DNA of 53,702 nt from an uncultured Clostridia bacterium (GTDB lineage: Bacteria; Bacillota; Clostridia; Christensenellales; CAG-138), in assembly GCA_905235205.1 (NCBI GenBank), contig CAJOKM010000003.1, forward strand, positions 1-53,702, read 5' to 3'. Of the stretch, positions 20,117-29,313 are shown piece after piece. The notes beneath the pieces are model-generated. The model saw nothing but the letters and a program-made list of their open reading frames with translations. It did not search any database and had not been told where the DNA came from. Both the position numbers and the translations under genes were made by a program. Position 1 is the first letter of the stretch. Each line of letters opens with the position of its first letter.

Positions 20117-20306
20117 AGGCTGTCGTAAAAGGGGTCAGACCGTTTGCGGCGAGGATATGAAATCAGAATATCTATCGGAAGAAAAGGTGAAAGACACCTT
20201 TTCTTTTCATAATTTCGCCGCAAACTATTCGCGTTTTCACTCGGTCGCATACCTTAGTATAGCTCCGTCGTGAAAACCCGAATTCTGCCTCCCTTCTCAA
20301 CAGCCT
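20117..20306 (-). mobile_element. Non-autonomous MITE-like structured element, copy A
   Basis: Imperfect terminal inverted repeats aggctgtcgtaaaaggg / cccttctcaacagcct; flanking tctc duplication (20113-20116, 20307-20310); several internal hairpins; homologous to 43185-43478. Confidence 0.65.
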
Positions 20307-20309
20307 TCT

Positions 20310-20339
20310 CAGCTTGTCAAAAGGTTTTTTGACAAGCTG
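20310..20339. repeat. 30-bp palindrome, probably an ends-only IS remnant
   Basis: cagcttgtcaaaa-ggtt-ttttgacaagctg with perfect 13-bp arms, directly abutting the second direct repeat. Confidence 0.6.
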
Positions 20340-20381
20340 AAAGAACTGCCGCTACCGCGGCAGTTCTTTTTCGGTTTGCGG

Positions 20382-20816
20382 TTATGCTTTGAAGATCAGC
20401 TTCAAAAGATCCAGCTTGTCGCCGAAGAACGGCAGCGGGATCATCTTGCCGCGGAGCGCGTTGATGATGCCGATGATCGAGAACACGCAGATGGCGATGG
20501 AGATCGGCAGGATAGCGTATTTGACATACGGGATCAGCCCGACCGTAAAGCGCAGCAGGATCGTCGCGATCCAGAACACCAGCAGGTTGAAGCCCTGCCG
20601 CACGTGGAACTGCGCGAACGTCGAGTTCTTTCTTACGAACATCGGTACGAACAGCACCGGTCCGAGATACGCGAGCACGCCGAACCACTTGTTGCAGTCG
20701 GGCGCATCCGCGGTTTGCTGCGCGGTCGGCTGCGCGCCGGCGACCTTCGCGCCGCATGCCGAACAGAAGCCGGCGCCGTCCTTCAATTCCGCGCCGCATT
20801 TGGTACAATAAGACAT
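20382..20816 (-). CDS. Zinc-ribbon-containing membrane protein (DUF4870-like)
   Basis: CTKCG...FCSACG; LAYLG, FHVRQG and IIGIINA...PLP motifs; three TM segments; AGGAGG SD. Confidence 0.8.
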   Translation of the reverse strand: MSYCTKCGAELKDGAGFCSACGAKVAGAQPTAQQTADAPDCNKWFGVLAYLGPVLFVPMFVRKNSTFAQFHVRQGFNLLVFWIATILLRFTVGLIPYVKYAILPISIAICVFSIIGIINALRGKMIPLPFFGDKLDLLKLIFKA

Positions 20817-20829
20817 TCTAAACTCCTCC

Positions 20830-21489
20830 TTAGTCAGTGATATGTAAAACCTTCAGAAGCTCCGACGGATGCGAAAGCACGGTCTTAGCGCCGGCTTCGC
20901 GCAAAAACGCTTCGCCGCGGAATCCCCAGCCGCAGCCGACGAACGGAAGTCCCGCGTTTTTCGCAAACTGCACGTCGACGTCCATATCGCCGACGTAGAG
21001 CGATTCCTCCCGTGAAAACCCGAGGTCCTCGCGCACGACGTCCAGCATGACGGCGTCCGGCTTGGTCGGATACTGCTCGCACTGACCCTGCACGCGCGCA
21101 AACAGTCCGTTCGGAAAGAGCAGGCGGATCATCTTGTTCGCGTGCGGATCCGGCTTGTTGGTGACGACCGCAAGCGTGCAGCCGTGTTCTTTCAGAACGC
21201 GCAGCGTTTCCGGCATGCCGTCGTACGGCGCGGTGTGATCGCACAAATGCGCGGCATAGTCCGCCCAGAACCCGTCGCGCACCTTTGTCCAGTCGGCTTC
21301 ATGCCCTTTCGGCACGGCATGCTGACACATATACACGATGCTCTTTCCGACAATGCCGGACACGCCGTCGTCCGAAAACGTCGGAAATCCGCACCGTTTC
21401 AGCGCGCGGTTTAACGAAGCTGCGATGTCGCCGAGTGTATTGCAAAGCGTTCCGTCCAGATCGAACGCGATAAACCTGATTTGTTCCAT
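20830..21489 (-). CDS. HAD-family hydrolase (phosphoglycolate phosphatase-like)
   Basis: FDLDGTL, VVTNKP, KPD and YVGDMDVD motifs; start placed at MEQIRF. Confidence 0.9.
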   Translation of the reverse strand: MEQIRFIAFDLDGTLCNTLGDIAASLNRALKRCGFPTFSDDGVSGIVGKSIVYMCQHAVPKGHEADWTKVRDGFWADYAAHLCDHTAPYDGMPETLRVLKEHGCTLAVVTNKPDPHANKMIRLLFPNGLFARVQGQCEQYPTKPDAVMLDVVREDLGFSREESLYVGDMDVDVQFAKNAGLPFVGCGWGFRGEAFLREAGAKTVLSHPSELLKVLHITD

Positions 21490-21603
21490 TGTGTTACCTG
21501 CCCATTTCCTTACACGCATATTTTACATGGTTTATGCACGCTCGTCAATCCGTCGCAGGCTTTTCCGGCTTCACAAATCGGAAAAATGTGGTATACTGAA
21601 ACC

Positions 21604-22503
21604 ATGATCGAATATCAGAGGATTACGGAAGAAACCATCTTAGCGCTGAAGCCGTTCTTTTATACCTATGCGTGCGGCATCTGCGACAACACCGTTGGTG
21701 CCGTTTACCAGTGGCGCGACATCTATGTATCGTACTATGCGGTGATCGGCGGTATGCTCTGCATCCGCGCAGGCTACGGCGCGTACGGCGACTGCTATAC
21801 CGTTCCGCTCGGCAGCGGCGATTTCAACGCGGCGTGCGCGGCGAACGAGGCGGACGCAAAGGCGCGCGGCATTCCGCTGCGCTACTGCGTGGCGCCCGCC
21901 TGCGCGCTCCCGTGCCTTCAGGCACGGTACGGAGACCGGATGCGGACGGAGAGCATCCGCGATTGGGCGGACTATATCTACGACGCGGACGCGTTCCGGC
22001 ACTACGCGGGCAAGCAGTTCCATACGCAGAAAAACCACGTGAACCGCTTCTACCGCGATCATCCGAACGCGCAGACCGTGATCGTGACGGACGAAGCGAC
22101 CGGGCGCGCGTGCCTTGCGTTTTTAGACCGGTTCCGCGCGATGCATCCCGAGTTCTCGCCGCTGGAGAAGAACGAGTGGAACGGCGCAAAGGATCTTCTT
22201 CTGCACCGCGACGCGCTGGAACAGACGGCGGTCTGTCTCAAGGACGGAGAGGAGGTCCTCGCGCTTGCGATCGGCGAACGGAAGGACGACATGCTGTTTG
22301 TGCACGTGGAAAAGGCAATGCCGGGCGTGTCCGGCGCGTATCCGGCGATGGCGCAGGCGTTTGTGAACTGCTTTGACGGCGTGCGCTTCATAAACCGCGA
22401 GGATGACGGCGGCGATCCGGGACTCCGGTATTCCAAGCTGAACTACCGTCCCATCGAGCTCAAAGAGAAATACCTCGTCACGATCCGTGACGAAAACGCA
22501 TAA
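21604..22503 (+). CDS. DUF2156 / aminoacyl-transferase-like GNAT-fold protein
   Basis: DYIY, KNHVNRF, VHVEKA, GAYP and INREDDGGDPGLRYSKLNYRP motifs; ATG 6 nt after an extended -10. Confidence 0.8.
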   Translation: MIEYQRITEETILALKPFFYTYACGICDNTVGAVYQWRDIYVSYYAVIGGMLCIRAGYGAYGDCYTVPLGSGDFNAACAANEADAKARGIPLRYCVAPACALPCLQARYGDRMRTESIRDWADYIYDADAFRHYAGKQFHTQKNHVNRFYRDHPNAQTVIVTDEATGRACLAFLDRFRAMHPEFSPLEKNEWNGAKDLLLHRDALEQTAVCLKDGEEVLALAIGERKDDMLFVHVEKAMPGVSGAYPAMAQAFVNCFDGVRFINREDDGGDPGLRYSKLNYRPIELKEKYLVTIRDENA

Positions 22504-22529
22504 AACCTATGGATGAAGGGAGCAAACCA

Positions 22530-23450
22530 ATGAAAAAACCGATTCTTCTGATCATGGCGGCAGGCATGGGCAGCCGCTTCGGCGGGCCCAAGCAGATCGA
22601 ACCGATCGACGAACACGATCACGTCATTTTAGACTTCTCCGTGTTCGACGCGATCCGCGCCGGCTTTGAAAAGGTCGTCGTCATCATTAAAAAAGAGATG
22701 GAAGCAGACTTTGAGGAGCGTGTCGGCAGACGGATTCGTCCGCATGTGAAGCTCGAGTACGCGTTCCAGTCGCTCGACAAGCTTCCGAAAGGCTACGAGA
22801 TCCCAGAGGGACGCGTGAAGCCGTGGGGAACCGCGCACGCGATCCTCTGCGCCAAAGAGCACCTTGACGCGCCGTTTGCCGTGCTGAACGCGGATGATTT
22901 CTACGGCGCGGACGCGTTCCAAAAAATCTATGACTTCTTAAGCGCGCCGCACAGCGAAAGCGAGTACGCGATGGTCGGATACCGGCTGGGCAATACGCTG
23001 TCGGACTACGGTTCCGTCGCGCGCGGCGTGTGCGAGATCGGACCGGACGGCAGGCTCGTTACGCTGACCGAGCGGCTGAAGATCGAAAAGCGCGACGGCG
23101 CGGCCGCGTTCACCGAGGACGACGGCGAGACTTTTACGCCGCTTGCGCTGGATACGCTTGTTTCGATGAACCTGTTCGGGCTGCAGCAGACCGTGCTCGA
23201 CGCGTTTGAAAAGCGCTTCCCGCCGTTTTTGGACGAGAATCTGCCCAAGAACCCCTTAAAGTGCGAATACCTGCTGCCGCGCGTGCTCGACGCCATGATG
23301 CAGGAGGGCAAAATCAGCATCGAAGTGCTCGCAACCACCGCGCGCTGGCACGGCGTCACGAACCGTCCCGACCTGCCGCTTCTCAAGGAAGCGATCCGCA
23401 GCATGAAGGATCAGGGACTGTATCCGGACGAACTCTGGAAGGAAAACTGA
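22530..23450 (+). CDS. Sugar-phosphate nucleotidyltransferase family protein
   Basis: MAAGMGSRFGGPKQ, KPWGTAHA and NADDFYG motifs. Confidence 0.88.
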   Translation: MKKPILLIMAAGMGSRFGGPKQIEPIDEHDHVILDFSVFDAIRAGFEKVVVIIKKEMEADFEERVGRRIRPHVKLEYAFQSLDKLPKGYEIPEGRVKPWGTAHAILCAKEHLDAPFAVLNADDFYGADAFQKIYDFLSAPHSESEYAMVGYRLGNTLSDYGSVARGVCEIGPDGRLVTLTERLKIEKRDGAAAFTEDDGETFTPLALDTLVSMNLFGLQQTVLDAFEKRFPPFLDENLPKNPLKCEYLLPRVLDAMMQEGKISIEVLATTARWHGVTNRPDLPLLKEAIRSMKDQGLYPDELWKEN

Positions 23451-23468
23451 CCGTTTGAAAAACGGGGC

Positions 23469-23497
23469 TTGACAAAGAGAACGGAATCATATACTAT
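23469..23497 (+). promoter_or_regulatory. Sigma-A promoter of the cys leader and cysK-cysE
   Basis: TTGACA, 17 nt, TACTAT. Confidence 0.8.
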
Positions 23498-23524
23498 ATA
23501 TGAAAACACGGGAAGGAGAAACAG

Positions 23525-23599
23525 ATGGGTAAGGCGATCCAAAACCGCAAAGCATGTTGTTGCGCTTGTTTTGTCATGCCCGTTTGTGTTTCCGGATAG
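23525..23599 (+). CDS. Putative cysteine-rich leader peptide MGKAIQNRKACCCACFVMPVCVSG (24 aa)
   Basis: SD AAGGAG (23513-23518) 6 nt before the ATG; 5 Cys codons including TGT TGT TGC; lies between the promoter and a terminator upstream of cysK. Confidence 0.8.
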   Translation: MGKAIQNRKACCCACFVMPVCVSG

Positions 23600-23613
23600 G
23601 GGTTTTACGCTGC

Positions 23614-23649
23614 AACCGGAAGGCCGACGGGCTTTCCGGTTTTTTCTTT
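23614..23649 (+). terminator. Attenuator terminator in the cysK leader
   Basis: Stem aaccggaaggcc / ggctttccggtt (one G-U), loop gacg, tail ttttcttt; the 5' arm can alternatively pair with tttccgg (23589-23595). Confidence 0.82.
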
Positions 23650-23696
23650 GTCGCGGAAAACGGGCGCATCACATAATCTGAAAGAGAGGAACGAAC

Positions 23697-24626
23697 ATGA
23701 ACGTATACACATCTGCCGATCAGCTGATCGGAAAAACGCCGCTGCTGGAGCTGCAGCGGCTTGCGCGCGAGGAAGGAGCGGACGCACGGATCCTTGCAAA
23801 GCTGGAGTATTTCAATCCGGCGGGATCGGTCAAGGATCGCATCGCAAAGACGATGATCGACGACGCGGAGCAAAAGGGACTTTTGAAAGCGGGCTCGGTG
23901 CTGATCGAGCCGACGTCCGGCAACACCGGGATCGGGCTTGCGTCCGTCGCGGCGGCGCGCGGATACCGCGTGATCATCGTGATGCCGGAGACGATGAGCA
24001 TCGAGCGCAGGCGGCTGATGCAGGCGTACGGCGCGGAACTGGTGCTGACCGACGGCGCGTCGGGCATGAAGGGTGCGATCGCGCGCGCGGAGGAGCTGGC
24101 GCGGGAGATTCCGGACGCATTGATCCCGGAGCAGTTTAAAAACCCCGCCAATCCCGAAGCGCACCGTACCGGCACGGGACCGGAGATCTGGGCGGACACG
24201 GACGGGCAGGTGGATCTGTTCGTGGCGGGCGTCGGCACGGGCGGAACGATCACCGGCGTCGGCGCATACCTGAAAGCGCAGAACCCGAACGTGCGCGTCG
24301 TCGCGGTCGAGCCCGCCGGCTCGCCGGTTCTGAGCCAAGGCGTTGCCGGCGCGCATAAGATCCAGGGGATCGGCGCGGGTTTCGTGCCGGAGATCCTCGA
24401 TACGGCGGTGTACGACGAGGTGATCGCCGTGGAGAACGACGACGCGTTCAAAACGGCGCGAACGATCGGGCGCACGGAGGGGATCCTGGTCGGCATCTCG
24501 TCCGGCGCGGCGGCATGGGCGGCGATCAGGCTCGCGAAGCGACCGGAGAACCGCGGAAAAACCATCGTGGTTCTGCTCCCGGACAGCGGCGACCGCTATC
24601 TGTCCACGGCGTTGTTCGAGGCGTGA
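23697..24626 (+). CDS. cysK: Cysteine synthase A
   Basis: [12 protein letters not shown] lysine; [15 protein letters not shown] and HKIQGIG motifs. Confidence 0.97.
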   Translation: MNVYTSADQLIGKTPLLELQRLAREEGADARILAKLEYFNPAGSVKDRIAKTMIDDAEQKGLLKAGSVLIEPTSGNTGIGLASVAAARGYRVIIVMPETMSIERRRLMQAYGAELVLTDGASGMKGAIARAEELAREIPDALIPEQFKNPANPEAHRTGTGPEIWADTDGQVDLFVAGVGTGGTITGVGAYLKAQNPNVRVVAVEPAGSPVLSQGVAGAHKIQGIGAGFVPEILDTAVYDEVIAVENDDAFKTARTIGRTEGILVGISSGAAAWAAIRLAKRPENRGKTIVVLLPDSGDRYLSTALFEA

Positions 24627-24627
24627 G

Positions 24628-25503
24628 ATGAAACGGAAGGCAAAACAGGCGGCGCTGGATGCAGCGCAGGCATTACAAGCGGAAAGCGCTCAAAACACGC
24701 AGACGGACTTTCGCGGGTTCAGGCGCCGCGCGGAGCGCATGACGGACTGCGTGATCGACGCAATGTTTCCGCGGCACGCAAAAACTCCGGCTGCGCCGAA
24801 GCGGATGCTTCGGGAGGCGTCGAAGCATCTTGTGCGGTGTCTTTCCACCGTACTGAGCGACGCGGACAGGGCGGAAGCGATCGCAGGAACGTTTTTCGGC
24901 GCGCTGCCCGAGGTGTTCGGAATGCTCCGCGCCGATCTTGAAGCGGCGTACCGCGGCGATCCCGCGGCGCACAGCGTGGACGAGATCATTCTCTGCTATC
25001 CGGCGTTTTTTGCGATCTGCACCTACCGGCTGGCGCACGTGCTGTACCGGGCGGGCGTTCCGCTGCTGCCGCGCGTGATGACGGAATACGCGCACCAAAA
25101 AACCGGGATCGACATCCATCCCGGCGCGCAGATCGGCGAGGAGTTCTTTATCGATCACGGAACCGGCGTCGTCATCGGGGAAACGTGCACCATCGGAAGG
25201 AACGTCAAGATCTACCAGCATGTGACGCTCGGCGCAAAGAGCTTCAACGTCGACGGGAGCGGCGCGCTCGTCAAGGGGATCAAGCGGCATCCCGACATCG
25301 GCGATCGTGTGGTCATCTATTCCGGCGCGACGATCCTCGGCGGCGAGACACAGATCGGGAACGACTGCATCATCGGCGGCAGCGTGTGGCTGACGCATTC
25401 GGTGGAGGCGGGGAAGATGGTGCTTGCGCGCTCGACGGTCACCGACGCGCCGCTCACGCGTGACGTTATGCACGCGTCGGTTCTGGACAGCGCTCTGCTG
25501 TAA
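24628..25503 (+). CDS. cysE: Serine O-acetyltransferase (EpsC-type)
   Basis: GDPAA, TGIDIHPGA, FIDHGTGVVIGET and KRHP hexapeptide motifs; 1 nt after cysK. Confidence 0.92.
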   Translation: MKRKAKQAALDAAQALQAESAQNTQTDFRGFRRRAERMTDCVIDAMFPRHAKTPAAPKRMLREASKHLVRCLSTVLSDADRAEAIAGTFFGALPEVFGMLRADLEAAYRGDPAAHSVDEIILCYPAFFAICTYRLAHVLYRAGVPLLPRVMTEYAHQKTGIDIHPGAQIGEEFFIDHGTGVVIGETCTIGRNVKIYQHVTLGAKSFNVDGSGALVKGIKRHPDIGDRVVIYSGATILGGETQIGNDCIIGGSVWLTHSVEAGKMVLARSTVTDAPLTRDVMHASVLDSALL

Positions 25504-25546
25504 AAAAAGCGTATCGCCGCGGTTGCGATACGCTTTCATTTTGTTT
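25502..25546. terminator. Bidirectional terminator between cysE and the MATE gene
   Basis: aaagcgtatcgc / gcgatacgcttt 12-bp stem (25506-25536) with an A-run before and a T-rich tail after. Confidence 0.8.
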
Positions 25547-27044
25547 ATTCGTTGCTCGGCGCAGGCTCGTCCAGCGGCTTGATCTTTTTCCGATAGAGCC
25601 TTCGGAACAGCAGGGAAGCGACGATCAGCGTAAGGAACTCGGCGATCGGGAACGCCCACCAGATGCCGTCGACGTCCTTGGTGAGCCACGCAAGCAGCGC
25701 GGCGATGGGCAGCAGCACAATGAGCTGGCGCTGAAGCGAAATGATCGCGCCGTACAGACTCGTGTCGGTCGCGCCGAACGCGGTGGAGAACGAGACGCCC
25801 GCCGCGGCGAACACGAAGCCGAGCGAAATGATCCTGAGCGCGCGGTCGGCGACGTCGCGCAGCGCCTGCGTCACGTCAAAGAGGTGCATCAGCGGATCGG
25901 CGAAGAACTGGAACAGCAGCGTGCCGAAGATCATAAACACGCAGCAGAAGATCAGAAGCATTTTGAACGCGCGCAAGAAGCGCTTGCGGTTTCTGGAACC
26001 GAAGTTGTAGCCGAGCACGCTCATCGCCGCGTTGGTCAGTCCGAACACCGGCATAAAGATGATCGACTGCAGCTTGAAATAGGTGCCGAACGCGCCGACG
26101 TACAGGTTCGGGAAATCGCCGGCCGCGTCGATCGTTTTGAGATGATACTCGCCGAGCGTTTTCAGAATGGTGTTCATGCCGAACATCATGATCGTACCGA
26201 CCGCCTGCATCAGAATCGACGGAAGCCCCACGCGGTAGATCTCATAGACGGTTTTCCGGTTCAGTCTGCAGTCCGAAAGGCCGATATGGATCTCGTGCTT
26301 TGCCGTAAAGAGCAGAATGAACGCGAGGATCATCGAGGCGAACTGTCCCGCGACCGTAGCGATCGCGGCGCCCTTGACGCCCATCGCGGGGACGGGGCCG
26401 AGACCCAGCACGAACACGCGGTCTAAGAAGATATTGACGATCGCGCCGCAAAGCTGCATCAGCATGGCGAACACGGTCCTGCCCTGCGCGGTCATGATGC
26501 GTTCGATGCCGCATGCGAGAAACACGCCGACACACAGGCTTAAGCAGATGGTCATATAGTTCGTGCCCATCAGCTGCACGACGGGATCCGCGCTCTGCCA
26601 CTGCATGAACGCCTTTGACAGCGTCAGTCCGGCAACGGTGAACACCGCCGCGGAGAGTACGAGCACGATCAAACCGTTGCCCGCCGCGCGGTTCGCGTCC
26701 TCAAAGCGTTTCGCGCCGAGCCGCCGTGAAATCAGCGAGTTGATGCCGACCGACGTGCCGACCGCAACCGAGATCATCAGCATCTGCAGCGGATACACGA
26801 GCGACAGCGCGGAAAGCGCTTTGTCGCCGATATGTCCGACGATCTCCGCCTGATAGAGATCGCCGAGGATGCGGCTGAGCACTTCGGGCGCAAGGGAATC
26901 CATGCGCGACACGAATACGCTGTCGACAATGTTGTACAGCGCCTGCACGAGCATAGAGACGATGATGGGCCAGCCCATCGAAAGGAGCAGCCGCCCTTCC
27001 GGCGCCGTTCCCATTTTGTTTTGTCGAATTGTTGGTTGTTCCAT
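25545..27044 (-). CDS. MATE family efflux transporter
   Basis: PIIVSMLVQALYNIVDS, NIFLD..F and MGVKGAAIATV motifs; multiple TM segments. Confidence 0.93.
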   Translation of the reverse strand: MEQPTIRQNKMGTAPEGRLLLSMGWPIIVSMLVQALYNIVDSVFVSRMDSLAPEVLSRILGDLYQAEIVGHIGDKALSALSLVYPLQMLMISVAVGTSVGINSLISRRLGAKRFEDANRAAGNGLIVLVLSAAVFTVAGLTLSKAFMQWQSADPVVQLMGTNYMTICLSLCVGVFLACGIERIMTAQGRTVFAMLMQLCGAIVNIFLDRVFVLGLGPVPAMGVKGAAIATVAGQFASMILAFILLFTAKHEIHIGLSDCRLNRKTVYEIYRVGLPSILMQAVGTIMMFGMNTILKTLGEYHLKTIDAAGDFPNLYVGAFGTYFKLQSIIFMPVFGLTNAAMSVLGYNFGSRNRKRFLRAFKMLLIFCCVFMIFGTLLFQFFADPLMHLFDVTQALRDVADRALRIISLGFVFAAAGVSFSTAFGATDTSLYGAIISLQRQLIVLLPIAALLAWLTKDVDGIWWAFPIAEFLTLIVASLLFRRLYRKKIKPLDEPAPSNE

Positions 27045-27115
27045 AATGAAACTATTATAATGAGCCGTCCCTTAAAAAGCAAGCACTTTTTCGCGCAAAG
27101 ACAGCGGTTAGGGAC

Positions 27116-27886
27116 TCAGCGGAACAAAAGATCGTACTGTTCGCCGCTGCGGTAATTCAAGTAAAGCGTAAGACCGTCCGGAAGCTTGAGCGTGCCGGTG
27201 CAGCCGTTTGCGCCGAAGGTGATGCTTGCCTTCTCCGCAAGCGATTCCGCGTACCCGTGCGCGCGCAAAAACGGCAGGAACGCTGCGTTAGCGCCGTCCG
27301 GAGACAGGCAGTCGTAAAGCGCGCAGTTTTCCGAATAGACTTCGCCGGTGCGGCTGTCGAACTGCACGGACAGGCAGTACAGGTTTCCGCCGCCCTCGGA
27401 ATAATACGCCTGCGCGCACCACAGCGCGAGCTTCGCGCCGCTCTGCTCGTTGTAGAAATCGCGCAGGACGGCGGTGTAGCGGCTCTTGCGGAAAACGGTC
27501 CCGACCGATTCGCCGGTCGGCAGCACGCCGTTTTTCGCGTGGACTTCCAGCGTATCGTTCCACAGCGCGGACAGCGTTTCGGTGATCGCCGCGCTGTCCA
27601 GTTCGCCCGGCATGACGGCGCGTTCGTCGCCCTGGCGTTCGCATTGCAGGAACAGTCCCACGCGCGTTTCCAGCGACAGCGGCGCGCCGATGCTGTCGGC
27701 GCTGATGATGCTGACCGCTTCGTACTCGGTCTTATCGTACAGACCGGCTTCGCTGAGCCGGAAGATCCAGCGGTTCAGAAGAACAAGCAAAAACGCGATC
27801 AGCACGGTTCCCGCGATCAGCGTAATGTAAACGATGCGCGTGCGGGTGACGCGGTCGCGGTTTGCGAACAGACGAATCTTCTTCAT
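27116..27886 (-). CDS. Hypothetical membrane-anchored protein coupled to the two-component system
   Basis: N-terminal TM helix; ATGA overlap with the kinase stop codon; no family recognised. Confidence 0.65.
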   Translation of the reverse strand: MKKIRLFANRDRVTRTRIVYITLIAGTVLIAFLLVLLNRWIFRLSEAGLYDKTEYEAVSIISADSIGAPLSLETRVGLFLQCERQGDERAVMPGELDSAAITETLSALWNDTLEVHAKNGVLPTGESVGTVFRKSRYTAVLRDFYNEQSGAKLALWCAQAYYSEGGGNLYCLSVQFDSRTGEVYSENCALYDCLSPDGANAAFLPFLRAHGYAESLAEKASITFGANGCTGTLKLPDGLTLYLNYRSGEQYDLLFR

Positions 27887-29313
27887 TCCGCGTCCCCCTT
27901 TCCGAGACGTGACAGCGGCACGTCGAACCACACGAGCGTGCCCTTGTCAAGTTCGCTCTCAAAATGCAGGCTGCTGCCGTGAAGCGCCGCGATGCGGTTG
28001 CCGATCGCAAGCCCGAGTCCCGCGCCGTGCTGCGCGCGCGCACGGGATTTATCGACCATGAAGAACGCTTCCGTAATGCGCGAAAGCTCTTCTTTGGGGA
28101 TTCCGATGCCTTCGTCCCTGACCGAAATGCGATAGCGGTCGCCTTCGCTCCTGCCGGTCAGCGTCACGACCTTGCCGGGCGAGCTTGCCTTGCGCGCGTT
28201 GTCGATGAGGTTTGTCACAAGCGTTAAAAGCAAGTCCTTTTCGTACAGAATGATCTGCTGCTCAATGTCGTATTCGAGCGTGAGCTGCGCTTTTTCGAGC
28301 ATCGGGGTGACGACCGCAACCACGTGCCCGAGCGCGCGCCGCGCATAGCCGCGCGAGAGCTTGAACTCGTTCTTGTCGAGCACGATCAGGTCCATGAGCT
28401 TTAAGGACATCGCTTCAAGACGCTTGCCTTCGGTGAAGATGAAGTTCGCCGCCATGAAGGCGTCCTCCTCGTCGAGCTCGGTGCTGCGGAGCATGTCCGC
28501 GTAGCCGATGATCGAGGTCATCGGCGTTTTCAACTCGTGTGAGAAGCTCGCAACGAAATCCTTCTGCTGCTTGGCGTTTTGTTCGAGCGCTTCGACCTTC
28601 TGCTCGATCGCGCCGGTCATTTCATTGAACGCGACGGTCAGATCGCCGATCTCGTCGAGCGTGGTGACGCGCGCGCGGCGCGAATAATTGCCGTTGCCGA
28701 TGATCGTCGAAAACCGCTGCAGCCGTCTTAGCGGCTTGGTGGTCAGATAGGAAAGCAGCAGCATTGCCGCGGTCGAGATCGCCACGGTGATGATGTGCAG
28801 AAGCGTGACCGATTCGATCTGCTCGCCGCGCAGCCGCATGAGATCGTCCGCGTCGTAACGGACGGAGAGGAAGTAGTTCTGTCCGCCGATCGATACGCAG
28901 CCCGCGGTGTCCAAAAGCGTGCGTCCGCCGTCGTCTTTGATCAGCCGATACGCAAACCGCCGCACGCGCAATTCCGGAAACGTCAGGGTTTCGGCAAACT
29001 CGTCGGTGCTGGCGGTGAGAAGCTTCGAGTCGGTGCTGTACAGCGCGCAGGGCGATTCGACCCCCTGATTGGAGCCTGCGCGGCGCAGAATCTCCGCGTA
29101 CATTTCGGGCGAAGCGGTGTTGTAATAGAGATAGATGCCGTACAGTTCCGCTTCCATCGCGGAGGCAAGCGCCGAATAGTCCGCGACCGCCGCCTGTACG
29201 CGAAAACGCAACGCCGTGTCAAAGCTCTGCGCGATCAGGATCTGACCTGCCACGCCGAACAACAGCGTTACGATAAGAACGGTGCATATGCAGATTTTGA
29301 GGGCAAATCTCAT
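27883..29313 (-). CDS. HAMP-domain sensor histidine kinase
   Basis: Two TM helices, HAMP, SHELKTPMTSI H-box, NLIDNA, DEGIGI and GAGLGL boxes. Confidence 0.95.
   Translation of the reverse strand: MRFALKICICTVLIVTLLFGVAGQILIAQSFDTALRFRVQAAVADYSALASAMEAELYGIYLYYNTASPEMYAEILRRAGSNQGVESPCALYSTDSKLLTASTDEFAETLTFPELRVRRFAYRLIKDDGGRTLLDTAGCVSIGGQNYFLSVRYDADDLMRLRGEQIESVTLLHIITVAISTAAMLLLSYLTTKPLRRLQRFSTIIGNGNYSRRARVTTLDEIGDLTVAFNEMTGAIEQKVEALEQNAKQQKDFVASFSHELKTPMTSIIGYADMLRSTELDEEDAFMAANFIFTEGKRLEAMSLKLMDLIVLDKNEFKLSRGYARRALGHVVAVVTPMLEKAQLTLEYDIEQQIILYEKDLLLTLVTNLIDNARKASSPGKVVTLTGRSEGDRYRISVRDEGIGIPKEELSRITEAFFMVDKSRARAQHGAGLGLAIGNRIAALHGSSLHFESELDKGTLVWFDVPLSRLGKGDAE

Larger units (their letters stand above)
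20088..20367. repeat. 28-bp direct repeat (duplicated terminator hairpin) flanking a 224-bp insert
   Basis: aaagaactgccgctaccgcggcagttct is identical at 20088-20115 and 20340-20367; each copy is a hairpin (agaactgccgc/gcggcagttct). Confidence 0.92.

Noticed and set aside
20088-20367. 28-bp palindromic direct repeats read as a mini CRISPR array
   Set aside because: Only two copies 224 bp apart, no cas genes, and the unit is a terminator hairpin; a target duplication explains it better
23500-23696. Cys T-box upstream of cysK
   Set aside because: No GGTGGNACCGCG motif or stem I signatures, unlike the clear pheS T-box
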